A program made the translations under genes and the position numbers. DNA of 64,000 bases, taken from Octopus vulgaris. Taxonomy: Eukaryota. The DNA lies in NCBI GenBank assembly GCA_951406725.2, contig OX597816.1, forward strand, positions 15,500,001 to 15,564,000, given 5' to 3'. Positions 51,582 through 64,000 of this stretch are shown piece after piece (the first letter of the stretch is position 1; the number at the start of each line of letters is the position of its first letter). Under the pieces are notes generated by a model. That model saw nothing but the letters and a program-made list of their open reading frames with translations. It did not search any database and was not told where the DNA came from.

Positions 51582-52048
51582 TTAGTTAAGTATATATATA
51601 TACACACACACACACTCACAAACACCAGTATGAATATGGATGTTAACTGATGATATGTATAGACACACTCACATATGCCCACTCACATTTTATATATAAT
51701 ATAGTATAATATAATATAAATAAATGGGAAAAGAGGAACATTTGAATCATGGGTTTCTATTTTTCTAAATAAACATTTTGATCTTTACAATAGTCAGAAC
51801 CTTTTATAACATGAGTCATGGCAATTATACTTACAATGTGATAATGCTAAAGACTTCACAAACTGTGATGTTTTTATAGTATAGAAAATGTGGAAATGAA
51901 TCTTCCTGCTCATATATAGACACACACATGCATACAGATATGGACACGCATATAAAATGTTTTCTCAACATTTCTATACACACACATACATACACACACA
52001 CATACATACATACATATATTACATACATACATACATACATACACACAC

Positions 52049-52096
<48 letters not shown>

Positions 52097-52655
52097 AATT
52101 ATATATCAATAATTCACAAGATATTTTGTATAATAGAATTCTGTATGGCATGTCTGATATGAAATGATCTGAGTTGTATTGTTGTTTTGTGTAGTTTGTG
52201 TAAATATTTCAAACGGGATTCATTCAGAACACATATAGTTAATGGAGGGCATATTCAATCTTTCTTTGAAAATATGGTTGCTGTTGAACCACAAAGCAAG
52301 CTGACCTACGATCAAAAACAATCCGTCAGTTACCATTCAGTTTATTTTTAAAATATCATTTGTGGTTTGAGATATTCTTTGTCTAGGGTTGCACTATCCA
52401 TGGTGGGCTTTTTTTGTTTTCAAAGACATGAAGGTGTTAAGTACAGCCCCATTGTGTGGAATCTTGGGGAAGTGGGTTCTGCTATAGCCCCAAGTTGAAT
52501 AAAACCTTGTGTGTAGATTTGATAGACAGAAACTGAAAGAAACGTATGTGCATGTTTGTATGTGTACACACACACACAAGTAAGCACATAAATGCAGAAG
52601 GTGGGAAAAAAATAGTACCTGAATACCGAAAGTAGAGAAATATGCTTGTATTGTA

Positions 52656-53000
52656 AGATGGCAAGCTGGCAGAAACATTAATATGCCAAGCGAAATGCTT
52701 AGTGGTATTTCATCTGCCATTACGTTCTGAGTTCAGATTCCACCGAGGTCAACTTTGCCTTTCATCCTTTCGGAGTCGATAAATTAAGTACCAGTTACGC
52801 ACTGGGGTTGATATAATAGACTTAATCCGTCTGTCTGTCCTTGTTTGTCTCCTCAGTGTTTAGCCCCTTGTGGATAGTAAAGAAATAGGTATTTCATCTG
52901 TCTTTACGTTCTGAGTTCAACTTCCGCCAAAGTCAGTTTTGCCTTTCATCCTTTCAGGGTCAATAAATTAAATACCAGTTGCGTAGAGTAGAAAAGAATA
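52656..53000 (+). mobile_element. SINE family B partial dimer
   Basis: The second unit starts at the same AAAGAAATA|GGTATTTC junction (52888). Confidence 0.85.
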
Positions 53001-54075
53001 TATTTTCATCATTGTTTAATGTCTGTTTTCCATGCTGGCATGGGTTGGATGGTTTGACAGATGTTGGCCAGCTGGGAGCTATCAAGACTCCACTTGTCTG
53101 TTGTGGCATGTTTTCTATGCCTGATGCCCTTCCTAATGCCAACCACTAATCAGAGTATGCCGGGTGCTTTTTATGTGCCACTGGCACAGGTGCATTTATG
53201 CAGCATTGAGATGAGTGCATTTTATGTGGCACCAGGACATTATTCTTTTCTACTCTAGACACAAGGCCCAAAATTTTTAGGGAGGAGGCCAGTACGCAAC
53301 TGGTACTTAATTTATCGACCCCAAAAGGATGAAATATGAAGTTGACCACGGTGGAATTTGAACTCAGAATGTAACAACAGACGAAATACCACTTAGCATT
53401 TCAGACATTATTATTAAAATCAGTTTGATTGAGTCCCATACCATCCAAAGTTTTGCAGGCTTCTAACAGAAATCCAGCTCAATCAGGCCCAGATCACCGA
53501 TTCCTTAATCACACAGCCACTAAATGAAGAATTTGCTAAAATGATTTTAGTGGAGGAGGACTTGTCCATTTCATCGACCCCTACCATACTTCATTGGTTT
53601 TAATTTTCTTTATCTCAAAAGAATGACAGGCAGCATTGACCAGCAGTGGGATTTGAACTCAAATGCTGCAAAGCATTCTGTCCTATGTGCTAACGGTTCT
53701 GCCAGCTCACAGCCTTATATCCTAAGAAATATCCAAAAATGACTTACTGAGCTAAGAAAATGGTGAAGGGAAGAAAAAAAAGCAAAGCAAGTTCAAAGTA
53801 TATTTATAGGTGTTGTAATATTTTTGTGTACTGAAGCAAGTATAATTGGAAAAGGATGGGAAAGTGGGGGGTATTATAGCTTGATGATCTTCTTATAACT
53901 GATTATATTATATATTTATATTATATGAAAGATGTTTATAACTGTATTCCCAATGTTACGCTGTCACAGTAATAGATTTTGTCTTTTTATGAATGGTTTT
54001 TATAGTACTAAAACATCAAAGATGATGGTTTCACTTGTATAGACACATTTTATGTCAGTCATCAAGAAGAAGGAA

Positions 54076-54348
54076 AAGATGATGGGGATGATGGTGGTAA
54101 CGATAATGGTGGTGGTGGTGGTGGTGATGGCGATGATGATGATGGTGATTAAGGTGGTGGTGGTGGCAGTGGTGGTGGTGGCAGTGGTGATGATGATGGT
54201 GGTGGTGGTGGTGATGATGGTGATGATGATGATGGTGATTATGGTGGTGGTGGTGGCAGTGGTGATGATGATGGTGGTGGTAGTGGTGATGACGGTAGTG
54301 GTAGTGGTGAGGATGGTGGTAGTGGTGTTGGTGAACGATGATGATGAT
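54076..54348. repeat. (GTG/ATG)n trinucleotide repeat
   Basis: Directly visible; gives the poly-V/M ORF 54052-54588. Confidence 0.95.
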
Positions 54349-54697
54349 ATTTCACCTAACTCATTCTTCGGTCCTCATCTGATCCTTCCCTTTTTGTTAG
54401 TGATGGTGAAGTATGTTTGCATATACGTTTGTGGATTTATGTGTGTGTGTGCGTGCAATGTCTGTCTGTCCTTCTCCGTCTCATCCCATTCATCTATTTT
54501 CCCTCTTGGTGGCTTGATATGTGAGATACCATACTGCAATTCCTATTACACACCCACCCACCCCCATTTGTCTTGTGTACATTGCTAGGTAATTGGTGAA
54601 ACACACACAGACACACACACTTGTATATATCTAATACAGACATATGTTTCTCTCTCGTCCACTTTCTCTTTCTGTACCTACATACTCACATGTACAT

Positions 54698-54738
<41 letters not shown>

Positions 54739-54854
54739 TATACATGTGTACATTACTCTCTCTTCTCACACACGCATGGGTATATCCATCCATTCATGTA
54801 CATGTGTGTGTATACATATATCCTGGTACATGTGTATGTCTGTGTAAAGATTAT

Positions 54855-54890
54855 ATGAATATATATATATATGTATGTGTGTATGTATGA

Positions 54891-54954
<64 letters not shown>

Positions 54955-55075
54955 ATATGTATATATATGTATGTATATGTATGTATATATATATATGTAT
55001 ATGTATGTATATGTATGTATATATATATATGTATATGTATGTATATATGTATATGTATATGTATGTATATGTATG

Positions 55076-55120
<45 letters not shown>

Positions 55121-55177
55121 ATATATATATATGTATATGTATGTATATATGTATATGTATATATATGTATATGTATG

Positions 55178-55226
<49 letters not shown>

Positions 55227-55253
55227 CGGACGTTAAACGATGATGATGATGAT

Positions 55254-55293
<40 letters not shown>
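54855..55293. repeat. Compound TA/TATG microsatellite containing a 28-bp RTE tail at 55227-55254
   Basis: CGGACGTTAAACGATGATGATGATGATG embedded in (TA)n. Confidence 0.9.
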
Positions 55294-55295
<2 letters not shown>

Positions 55296-56122
55296 ATGCT
55301 ATCCCAGATCTGTCCCATTCACAAGAGTCTGTAATGCTAACATCCAGGCAATGAAACTAATGAAAGCTACTGAGTCAGTAAAAATGTTATCAGTATGTCA
55401 CATGTGGAGAGGAAGAAAATTGCTTTGAAAGCAACAGCATTGCAAAAACACTGACTGCACCAATATTGCCACTATTTCTACAGACATCCATTACCAAGCA
55501 ATTCAAATATCCATCAAACATTACACCCTACCAAAATACAAAAAAAAAAAGCAAAAAAATACCCACGTAGAATGAATCAGAAATAAGGGAAGAGATGGGA
55601 ACAGAGACAGAAAGAGAGAGCTAGAGAGAACATATTGGAATATTGCACAGTGTTGTCTTTGATATAATAGGGAAAACGATGAAATGGTCATGGCTAGAAA
55701 AACCTTTGATCATAGGTTTCTGTATCAGGTTTGACCTTGGACTAAACAACATTGAGATATGGCTTGGAGGTTCAGAAGTTTATTTCCCTATCATGCAGTT
55801 TCAGGTTCAGCTCCCACTCTGGGTACCTTTGGCAAGTGTTTTCTATTCTAAACCCAGACTATCCAAAACTGGATTTTGTAGATAGAAATTCAAAGAAGGC
55901 TTTCATACACACATGCACACATGAGTGGAGGATGAAAAATTCTTAGCTTTGGGTAAAAGAAAATACTGGATCATCAGTTAAATATGATTTTATTCAGCAT
56001 ATTCCCCTCTTAGATTCACACACTTATTGCAGCAGTTCTTCAGTTTTTCTAAGCTCTATAGAAGAACTTGAGAGGTTGGGAACCTTTTAGTAACCCCTTG
56101 TATGTGTGTATATATATATATA

Positions 56123-56288
56123 TCATCATCATCATCATCATCATTTAGCGTCCGTTTTCCATGCTAGCATGGGTTGGACGGTTCAACTGGGGTCTGGGGA
56201 GCCCGAAGGCTGCACCAGGCCAGTCAGATCTGGCAGTGTTTCTACAGCTGGATGCCCTTCCTAACGCCAACCACTCCGAGAGTGTAGT
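56123..56288 (-). mobile_element. Young RTE 3'-end fragment in (TA)n
   Basis: Near-identical to 47837-48004 in reverse; (TA)n on both sides. Confidence 0.9.
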
Positions 56289-56357
56289 ATATATATATAT
56301 ATATATATATAAACAACAAATTCTGAGAGATTGCTTATAAGATATTCAATTACATCA

Positions 56358-56508
56358 TAGGAGTGGCTGAGTGGTAAGTAGCTTGCTTACGAACCACATG
56401 GTTCCGGGTTCAGTCCCACTGTGTGGTACCTTGGGCAAGTGTCTTCTACGATAGCCTCAGGTCAACCAAAGCCTTGTGATTGGATTTGGTTGACAGAAGC
56501 CTGTCATA

Positions 56509-56551
<43 letters not shown>

Positions 56552-56775
56552 GTATGTGTGTGTGTATGTATGTTTGTGTGTCTGTGTTTGTCCCCCCCAA
56601 CATCATTTGATAACTGATGCTGGTGTGTTTACGTCCCTATAACTTAGCGGTTTGGCAAAAGAGACTGATAGAATAAGTACTAGGCTTACAAACAATAAGT
56701 CCTGGGGGCGATTTGGTCGCCTAAAGGTGGTGCTCCAGCATGGCCACAGTCAAATGACTGAAACAAGTAAAAGAA
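56358..56775 (+). mobile_element. SINE family A copy
   Basis: GGAGTGGCTGAGTGG...GGTTCAGTCCC...CTGAAACAAGTAAAAGA. Confidence 0.85.
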
Positions 56776-56967
56776 AAAAATATATGTATTTCATTAACAT
56801 AAGGTGATTATACAATTTGTATTAGGCAAGCAATAATCAACACTTACTGTCAAATCATCAGAAACAAAGTGTGCATTAGTGCTCCCTTGCAATATATATA
56901 CATGTGTGTGTATTTTTTATTTTTCTTTAGTTATCTTAAAACAACAAAACTGTTAGAACCACAGTCA

Positions 56968-57175
56968 ACCAGGTGTCCTCCCTGTGCCCGGGGGTCAGTT
57001 TGCCAAGATTCTCCACTTTCTGCAGTGTTGTGCTGCATACATACAATCTGGCAATCTCTTGTTTCTGGTCAATTATTTGATGTCATCAGTCCACAAACAT
57101 CTTTGACAGCCTCCTGCATTCTTCCTTCCACACTTCCTATCAAGATGGCCTCGGGCAATGATTCATGCTGCATTA
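56968..57175 (-). pseudogene. Decayed C-terminus of a second RTE-like LINE family
   Basis: Minus-strand fragments ILIGSVEGR and WTDDIK resemble the RTE C-terminal G.VEG.R.RGR...W.D.I motif. Confidence 0.5.
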
Positions 57176-57646
57176 GCCAGCGATAGCTAGGAAAATATAT
57201 ATTAACTTACTAAATGTTGTCATTGCAGTAATTTCACTTAATTGAAACAAAATCCGTAACATATTGCAGTAAACATCATTAAATAAAACTTAACAAAATC
57301 ATTCAAAGGTGAGAGTGACACTGAAAAATCAAAATGAAAGTTTTTACTTCCTCAAAAATGTTAAGAATGCAAACTGGTGTGTCCACTTTACTATAACCTT
57401 TTGTACTGATTTAAAATTTTGGCACAAGGCCAGCAGTGCTCAACAGGTACTTATTTTATTAAACCCCAAAAGGATGAAAGGCACAGATGACCTTGGTGGA
57501 ATTTGAAATCGGGGCATGTCATTGTCTTACTTTAACCTTTAATATTAGTGAGTTTATTAATTGACAACTTTTTGATGGATGGTTCTGATTATGTGAAGTC
57601 AAATAGATTATTTAATTGGCAAATTAAGAGTAGACTACTATATTTT

Positions 57647-58069
57647 ATTTTACTCTTTTACATGTTTCAGTCATGTGACCGTGGCCATTCTGGAGCACCA
57701 TCTTTAGGCAATCGAGCAAATCGAGCCCAGGGCTTATTCTTTGTAAGCCCAGTGCTTAGACTATCAGTCTCTTTTGCCGAACCGCTAGTTTACAGGGATG
57801 TAAACACACCAGCATCGGTTGTTAAGCGATGTTGGGGGGACAAACACAGACACACAAACATATGCACACACACACATACATATATATATATATACATATA
57901 TATACGATGGGCTTCTTTCAGTTTCCGTCTACCAAATCCACTCACAAGGCTTTAGTCGGCCTGAGGCTATAGTGGAAAACACTTGCCCAAGGTGCCATGC
58001 AGTGGGACTGAACTCAGAACCATGTGGTTCGTAAGCAAGCTGCTTACCACAAAGCTATTCCTACGCCTA
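57647..58069 (-). mobile_element. SINE family A full-length copy
   Basis: Collinear with 1381-1838 but without the RTE insert. Confidence 0.88.
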
Positions 58070-59315
58070 TTTTTTGTGAACTGAAATTATTTTCATGCAG
58101 CTCTAATCATATTCATAATGGTTTCAAATATTGGTATGAAGCTTTCAGTATTAAAGGTTGGGTTTAGACAGTTATGTTATGTTATCTTATTGACCTTGAA
58201 AGAATGAAAGGAAAGTTGACTCCAGCAGAATTTGAATTCTCAGTGTAAACTACTTGAAGAAATGCCACTAAACATCTTGTTTGTTGCTCTAACGATTTTG
58301 TCAGTTCATCACCTTCAAATTACACTTATAATATGACGAAAAGTTTAAACTCTTTAATGCAAACAACAATTTTTATCCTAGATGGTCAAGGGAAATAACT
58401 CTGAAATTTAAATTGGTCAACAAATTATTCCTTGTACTGAAGTTGTATTGATATCCATTATGATCTATTCGTTGACCTAGCTGATGAAAATAAACGAGAA
58501 CAGAATCTTTAGTTGTCTTTAGGGGTCTACTATCACCTGACTTTTTTCCCCCCACAAACCTTCCTATCACTTATATTTCTAGTCTATTTTAGTTGCATTG
58601 CTTAGAATTGTACCTTCCAGTTAGCTTTCAAAATTTGTGGAAATACGATGTACCTGCTTCTCTCTCATTGAAAAACTTGTTCCTCTCACGTATCATATTC
58701 TATTATTATAAGCAATGTTGCATAACTGAAAACCAGATCCGTTTGTGCTACAATTCCTGGTAGTAACACATGTTAATTCCCCACATGAAGACTTTCATTA
58801 ACTCTAGTTAAGCTGCTATGGTACTCAAGAGGTTTTTCACCTCTAATACCAGAAATATGGAAAATTCGTTGCCAGTGAGGTATGTTGCCAAATGTCTTTA
58901 GCGACCGACTCTCTTACGTTTCATAAGTAAATCACAAATTTAGCATTTTGTTGCGACCTACATATATATATATATATATAAATATATTTATATATATATC
59001 CCTTTAAATTTAACCCTGTTTCCAGGTCTGACCTCATTACGAAGCCAGCTCTGCATCCGACTACAATATATAAGCCTGTTTATAGTGTATTTTATTTTAT
59101 TTTACTTCACAGTCTGTTAGACATGGTTACAATCGATAAACATCAGCATAAACAACAAATGTTGTTTCAGCTAATTAGAACGAAAATTGAACTAACATCG
59201 GCTTTAGAAACAAAAGCGACAGCTTTAGTTAGACACACACACACACACTGATATATAATACTTACTTGCATTCTAATATCAATATGAAATTATGTACTAC
59301 ACCTACACAAAAACT

Positions 59316-59335
59316 ATGTATACACACACACGCCT

Positions 59336-59387
<52 letters not shown>

Positions 59388-59568
59388 ATGTATATATATA
59401 AATAAAAATGTATGTATGTATGTATGTATATATATATAAATGTATGTATGTATGTATATATATATATAAAAATGTATGTATGTATATATATATGTATATA
59501 TATGTATGTATGTATATATATGTATATATATATATGTATGTGTGTATGTATATATGTATGTATATATG

Positions 59569-59599
<31 letters not shown>

Positions 59600-59621
59600 T
59601 TATATATATGTAAATATATAT

Positions 59622-59660
<39 letters not shown>
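59316..59660. repeat. Compound TA/TATG microsatellite
   Basis: Directly visible. Confidence 0.95.
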
Positions 59661-59662
<2 letters not shown>

Positions 59663-60392
59663 ATCATTCGCGGCAATGTAATTAATATCGTCTGATATCT
59701 TGATTAAAGTGTCCTTTTATTTTAGAATTACGTACACTACACATATACGCACAGAATTGTATTCTGAAATTAGTGAAAAACGATAAAGAATATATAAATC
59801 AATTGTGGAGTATATATTAGTTGTTATTCTTATTACTCATTATACACCGGCCTCCAGACACTAACGACACTGGATTTCTATCACTAATGAACAAATGCTA
59901 TATACGACTATATATATGTGTGTGTAAATATATTCGCGCATTTGTGCGTGTGTCTTTTGTTCGTAAATATATACATACATACACACATGAATGTGTGAAT
60001 TTACAGATGAACAATTGAAGGGCTTACACAAATACTCACACACGCACACGCATTTTCTTTTTGATCTTTCGTTTACGAAGACGATCAAAGCTATGCTTGT
60101 TAGACGCCAATGGTTCTTATTAAAGAGTGCCAGCATGGGAAGAACGAACACAACTGCGCGGGTCCTGGAAAATCAAGGCTGTTACGTGTAACCTAATGGT
60201 TGTTGTGTTCTATTGTTGCAGACTTGCCAGAAATCCGACTGCTGCAATGAAAGGTCCGCAGTCTGTAGTTCCAAGTGGGCTTGGGTTCAATTTGCATTGG
60301 ACTTCGATTGTAGTCAGAGAGGGATGCGCCGACGACCAGACTTGTTCTATAAGTTCCTGATTCTCCTGAACCAAGAGAGCTGGAAATATACC

Positions 60393-60787
60393 TATTTCTT
60401 TACTACCCACAAGGGGCTAAACACAGAGGGGACTAACAAGGACAGACAAACCAGTGCGCAACTGGTACTTATTTAATCGACCCTGAAAGGATGAAAGGCA
60501 AAGTCGACCTCGGCGGAATTTGAACTCAGAACGTAGCGGCAGACGAAATACCTATTTCTTTATTACCCACAAGGGGCTAAACACAGAGGGGGACAAACAA
60601 GGACAGACATAGGTATTAAGTCGATTACATCGACCCAGTGCGTAACTGGTACTTAATTTATCGACCCCTAAAGGATGAAAGGCAAAGTCGACCTCGGCGG
60701 AATTTGAACTCACAACGTAACGACAGACGAAATACGGCTACGCATTTCGCCCGGCGTGCTAACGTTTCTGCCAGCTCGCCGCCTTAC
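60393..60787 (-). mobile_element. SINE family B head-to-tail dimer with 15-bp TSD
   Basis: TSD AG(C/T)TGGAAATATACC at 60378-60392 and 60788-60802; AGACGAAATAC repeats at 60541 and 60725. Confidence 0.9.
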
Positions 60788-61184
60788 AGTTGGAAATATA
60801 CCAGTGATACTGCGCAATGACCTGGGCGATTTGGGCGTTACACCATCCCTAGCTCCCGCGTTATAACTTGACTATCGGTGGATGGGTTACTTTCACACAA
60901 TCAACTGATAATCGAGTCTTCTCATAGGTAAGATGACAAACTCAAAGAATTTCGCTGAATTTAAAATCAGTTGACCTAGCTTATCCCAGCCAATCAATGC
61001 AGTTGACCAGCAGATGGAACACTCTTGCATGCAGACAAATAAGAGCTGGATACCAGATAGAAGTCAATAATAGACACACTACCTTAAAAGGCATTGACCT
61101 TTTCAGACATCTCAGTCTCTCCGTTTGTACGCTTGTCTGTCTGCCTCATGTTTTATACATATATATATATATATATATATTATA

Positions 61185-61460
61185 TAGTAATGGTATGACA
61201 ACAAAAAAATGAATGAGACCTCGATAATATGTAGATAGAGGAACTTATCTATAATATATGTAATAATATGGCAACTATTCGGTTGCCATAATAAAACTCC
61301 GAGTTTCGGATGTCGGGGCGGAAATCTGCACCACCATTTCGTCAGTTATTAAGACAATCTGTCTTAATAACTGATGAGATACCGGTGCAGTTTTCCACCC
61401 GACATCCGAAACTCGGAGTTTTATTATGGCAACCGAATAATTGTCACATATCATATTACC
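61185..61460 (-). mobile_element. Second HH-1 foldback element with hammerhead-like motifs on both strands
   Basis: Hairpin centred at 61357-61359; + strand taataa-CTGATGA...GAAAC-tcgga-GTT-ttatta (61365-61426); - strand CTGACGA...GAAAC; tail 61185-61250 homologous to 16649-16716; (TA)n flanks. Confidence 0.78.
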
Positions 61461-61513
61461 TATATATATATATATATATATATATAGCAAAAACAAAACA
61501 CAAGAGGAAAGGA

Positions 61514-61550
61514 GTCTTCAGCGTTTCGGATGCTAGTCCATCATCAAACA
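61514..61550 (-). ncRNA. Degenerate minimal hammerhead-like motif (family HH-4)
   Basis: Minus strand TTGATGA-T-GGA-ctagca-TCC-GAAAC-GCTG; near the end of a TA-bounded segment (~61487-61950). Confidence 0.4.
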
Positions 61551-62494
61551 AACGAAAAAGAAGAAAGGTAATGGGAAGATGATGAAAATGTTTAAAGACT
61601 GGTTGGAATTCGATTCTATGGGGAAGAGTTAAGAAGTAAAGAAAGGGTTAGATATTGTTTGCATGTATAGGAGGATGTCTGTGTAAGGAGATGGGAATAG
61701 TAGTAGATGTGTGAGTGGTGTGGGGTGCAGATTGATTTTTAGGTTGATTGGAGTTATGTAAAAATGAGACAGAGCATAAGAAGAATAGGTGTGAATGTGA
61801 TATAGGCGAGAAGGAAGAGTGAGGAAAAAAATGGGGATGGCGGAAAGCGATAAAGAAAACAGAATAATTGGTGAGGAAAAAAAAATGTATGATTTGATTT
61901 AAAAATGAAAGCAAAACAAACGGTTACCGGAGACAGCTGACTTTTACGAAATGATATATATATTTTTCGTTTTTTTTTATCAAAAATCTACTAATTTTTT
62001 CATAGGTCATTTCTCACCAAACAAAACTATGATCACAAACGTTCCAGCCATAAACATCTCACCATTTTAAAGACATATATCTCAGATTACATTACACTAT
62101 ATATCATTCCTCTTTTCAAACCAATGCGCTATGATTTCATTATTAATTCTAACAGATCGAGTGACCAGGAGAAGGTCACTTCGTCAGCTTGACAAAATAT
62201 GGCCTTAGCTTAGTCGTATCAGCCAGGCGTCCACTTTCATGCGATTGTTGTTGCTTTCTTGCCTTTTGTGATTTACTGTGCATCTTAAATGTGATTTGTA
62301 TATAAGATATTTTTTCGCTTTATTTTTTCTTTATTGTGTTTCGACGTGACCTGCATCGACTACTGTTCAAATATTGATCAGAAGTTGGAATAATACTTCA
62401 TGTGCCTCGTACTAGTCTACATATCTAACGCACCCACGCACCCCCACCATGATCACTATGTATGCATGTATTTGTGTGTGAGTGTGTATGTATG

Positions 62495-62525
<31 letters not shown>

Positions 62526-62580
62526 GTAGAGGGAGAGGAATTTATACGTATGTGTATATGTATATATGTATATTTGCGTG

Positions 62581-62629
<49 letters not shown>

Positions 62630-62820
62630 AGAGGGAGAGGAATTTATACGTATGTGTATATATCTGTGTATATGTATGTATATTTGCGTGTATGTATATA
62701 TGTCGTATAATGTGTATATATATATAGGTATATGTGTGTCTATGTATCCATTTAGCCTTCTACCATTATTCCTTATATATATATGTAGTATAAATATGTG
62801 CGAGTGTATGTGTGTGTATG

Positions 62821-62858
<38 letters not shown>

Positions 62859-64000
62859 TCAAATGGTAAACTCAAAACAGAATACAAACACAGACGTCGT
62901 TTTTAATTTCTAAAACAAGAAACATTGACTATTCAAGTGTAAAATATGTTATTGTAAAACACATGTTTAACAAGAATACTATCATTTGATCCAACGTAGC
63001 ACTGACTCAACTAGGAAGTTTGGTGAGGAGCTTATTGCCGTAACACAATAAGGACAACCATATGTCTTCATGCATGTATGTGGGCGTAGTGGGCTGTTTA
63101 GCCGTCCTGTGTGGTAACCAAAACGGTCGACCCTTCCTTAAACATAGCATACCTATGACTACAGCAAACACCACGTTACGTCATTGATAAGTACGTGTAA
63201 AATTATCTATTCTTTAATTACACAATTAGCAGCATTCCTTCCTCTGTTATATCTTTAGTGTGGTGCAACATGATCACCTTTTCTGAACACACCTGAGTCG
63301 TTGTTGTATTGTGACATTTGTATAACAAATGCCTTTGTATTTTCCTCTGTGGACTGATAAAATAAATCTACCTGACTTGTTCAAACCTCATTTAGTTCTC
63401 TGATCACAGAATGCCATTTGATCCCTCTATGGAGAGAGATATATAGCAAATAAGTGTACGTATGTGCTGTGCGTACGTATTTAATGCTAGGTGTTTGCTC
63501 AACCGATTATTTCATTTTGCATACAAAGTGTTTCTTTGTCGATTCCCCCTCCCCCCGCATTGGCTCGTTTAAAGACCAGCTCTTGGCTACTGCAACATTC
63601 TGGGAAACGGTTAAGAGATTCTAACTTGTCATGATGTCACTTTATCACGAGTGACCTCCCCATCATGATTTGATTTCGTCTATTTCGCAACAGCTGAACT
63701 GAGACTATGTAAAATTGCGATTCCGCCAGAGACGTAATGAAACTTTTATTGCGGAGTATCCACCCACACGGTCGATACCCTATTGACTTTAACAATTTAT
63801 CCGTAATCAATTCAAATCAATATAAAAATCACCTATATTATTTTCCATTTTACGTCAGCTTTAGATATAGTTATTGGAACGTTTTATCAGCAAATTAAGG
63901 TATTTGAACTGAGAGATTCGTTTTACCGTGAAGAGAGAGATGAATCTTCACCTTTCAAGTGGGGCTCACTCTCATAATAAAGAAAGAAAAAATCTCAACT

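Noticed and set aside
54052-54588. 178-aa hydrophobic V/M-rich ORF
   Set aside because: GTG/ATG trinucleotide repeat.
58373-58570. 65-aa minus-strand ORF in unique sequence
   Set aside because: Short, no recognisable motif, no clear exon boundaries.
60127-60410. GC-richer unique segment with ORFs on both strands, possible exon
   Set aside because: No recognisable domain and no convincing splice-site pair with an open frame; cannot be supported without RNA or homology data.
61560-61930. Possible decayed GIY-YIG C-terminus upstream of the HH-4 motif
   Set aside because: The position would fit a Penelope element, but I could not recover diagnostic residues by manual translation.

Overview
AT-rich, microsatellite-dense animal DNA. 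The SINE families resemble octopus SINEs as I recall them, so an octopod cephalopod is likely (inference). I can support no host protein-coding exon, and nearly all listed ORFs are microsatellite or repeat artefacts. The window is intronic/intergenic and made of nested mobile elements. (1) A young 5'-truncated RTE-clade LINE (45713-48004) has a C4HC3 PHD-type zinc finger inside its reverse transcriptase, a 63-bp tandem array in its 3' UTR and a (GAT)n tail; about 16 shorter 3' fragments of the family are present, several in (TA)n. (2) A decayed Tc1-type transposon with DD36E spacing is nested in a SINE. (3) There are three tRNA-like SINE families; one forms precise head-to-tail dimers and has TSDs starting with GGTAT. 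(4) piggyBac-, hAT- and Tc1/pogo-type MITEs occur. (5) Most notably, several families of small non-coding elements in (TA)n carry hammerhead-ribozyme-like motifs (CUGANGA...GAAAC...GUH), including two ~200-bp foldbacks with a hammerhead motif on each strand. These look like Penelope pLTR- or retrozyme-type elements.
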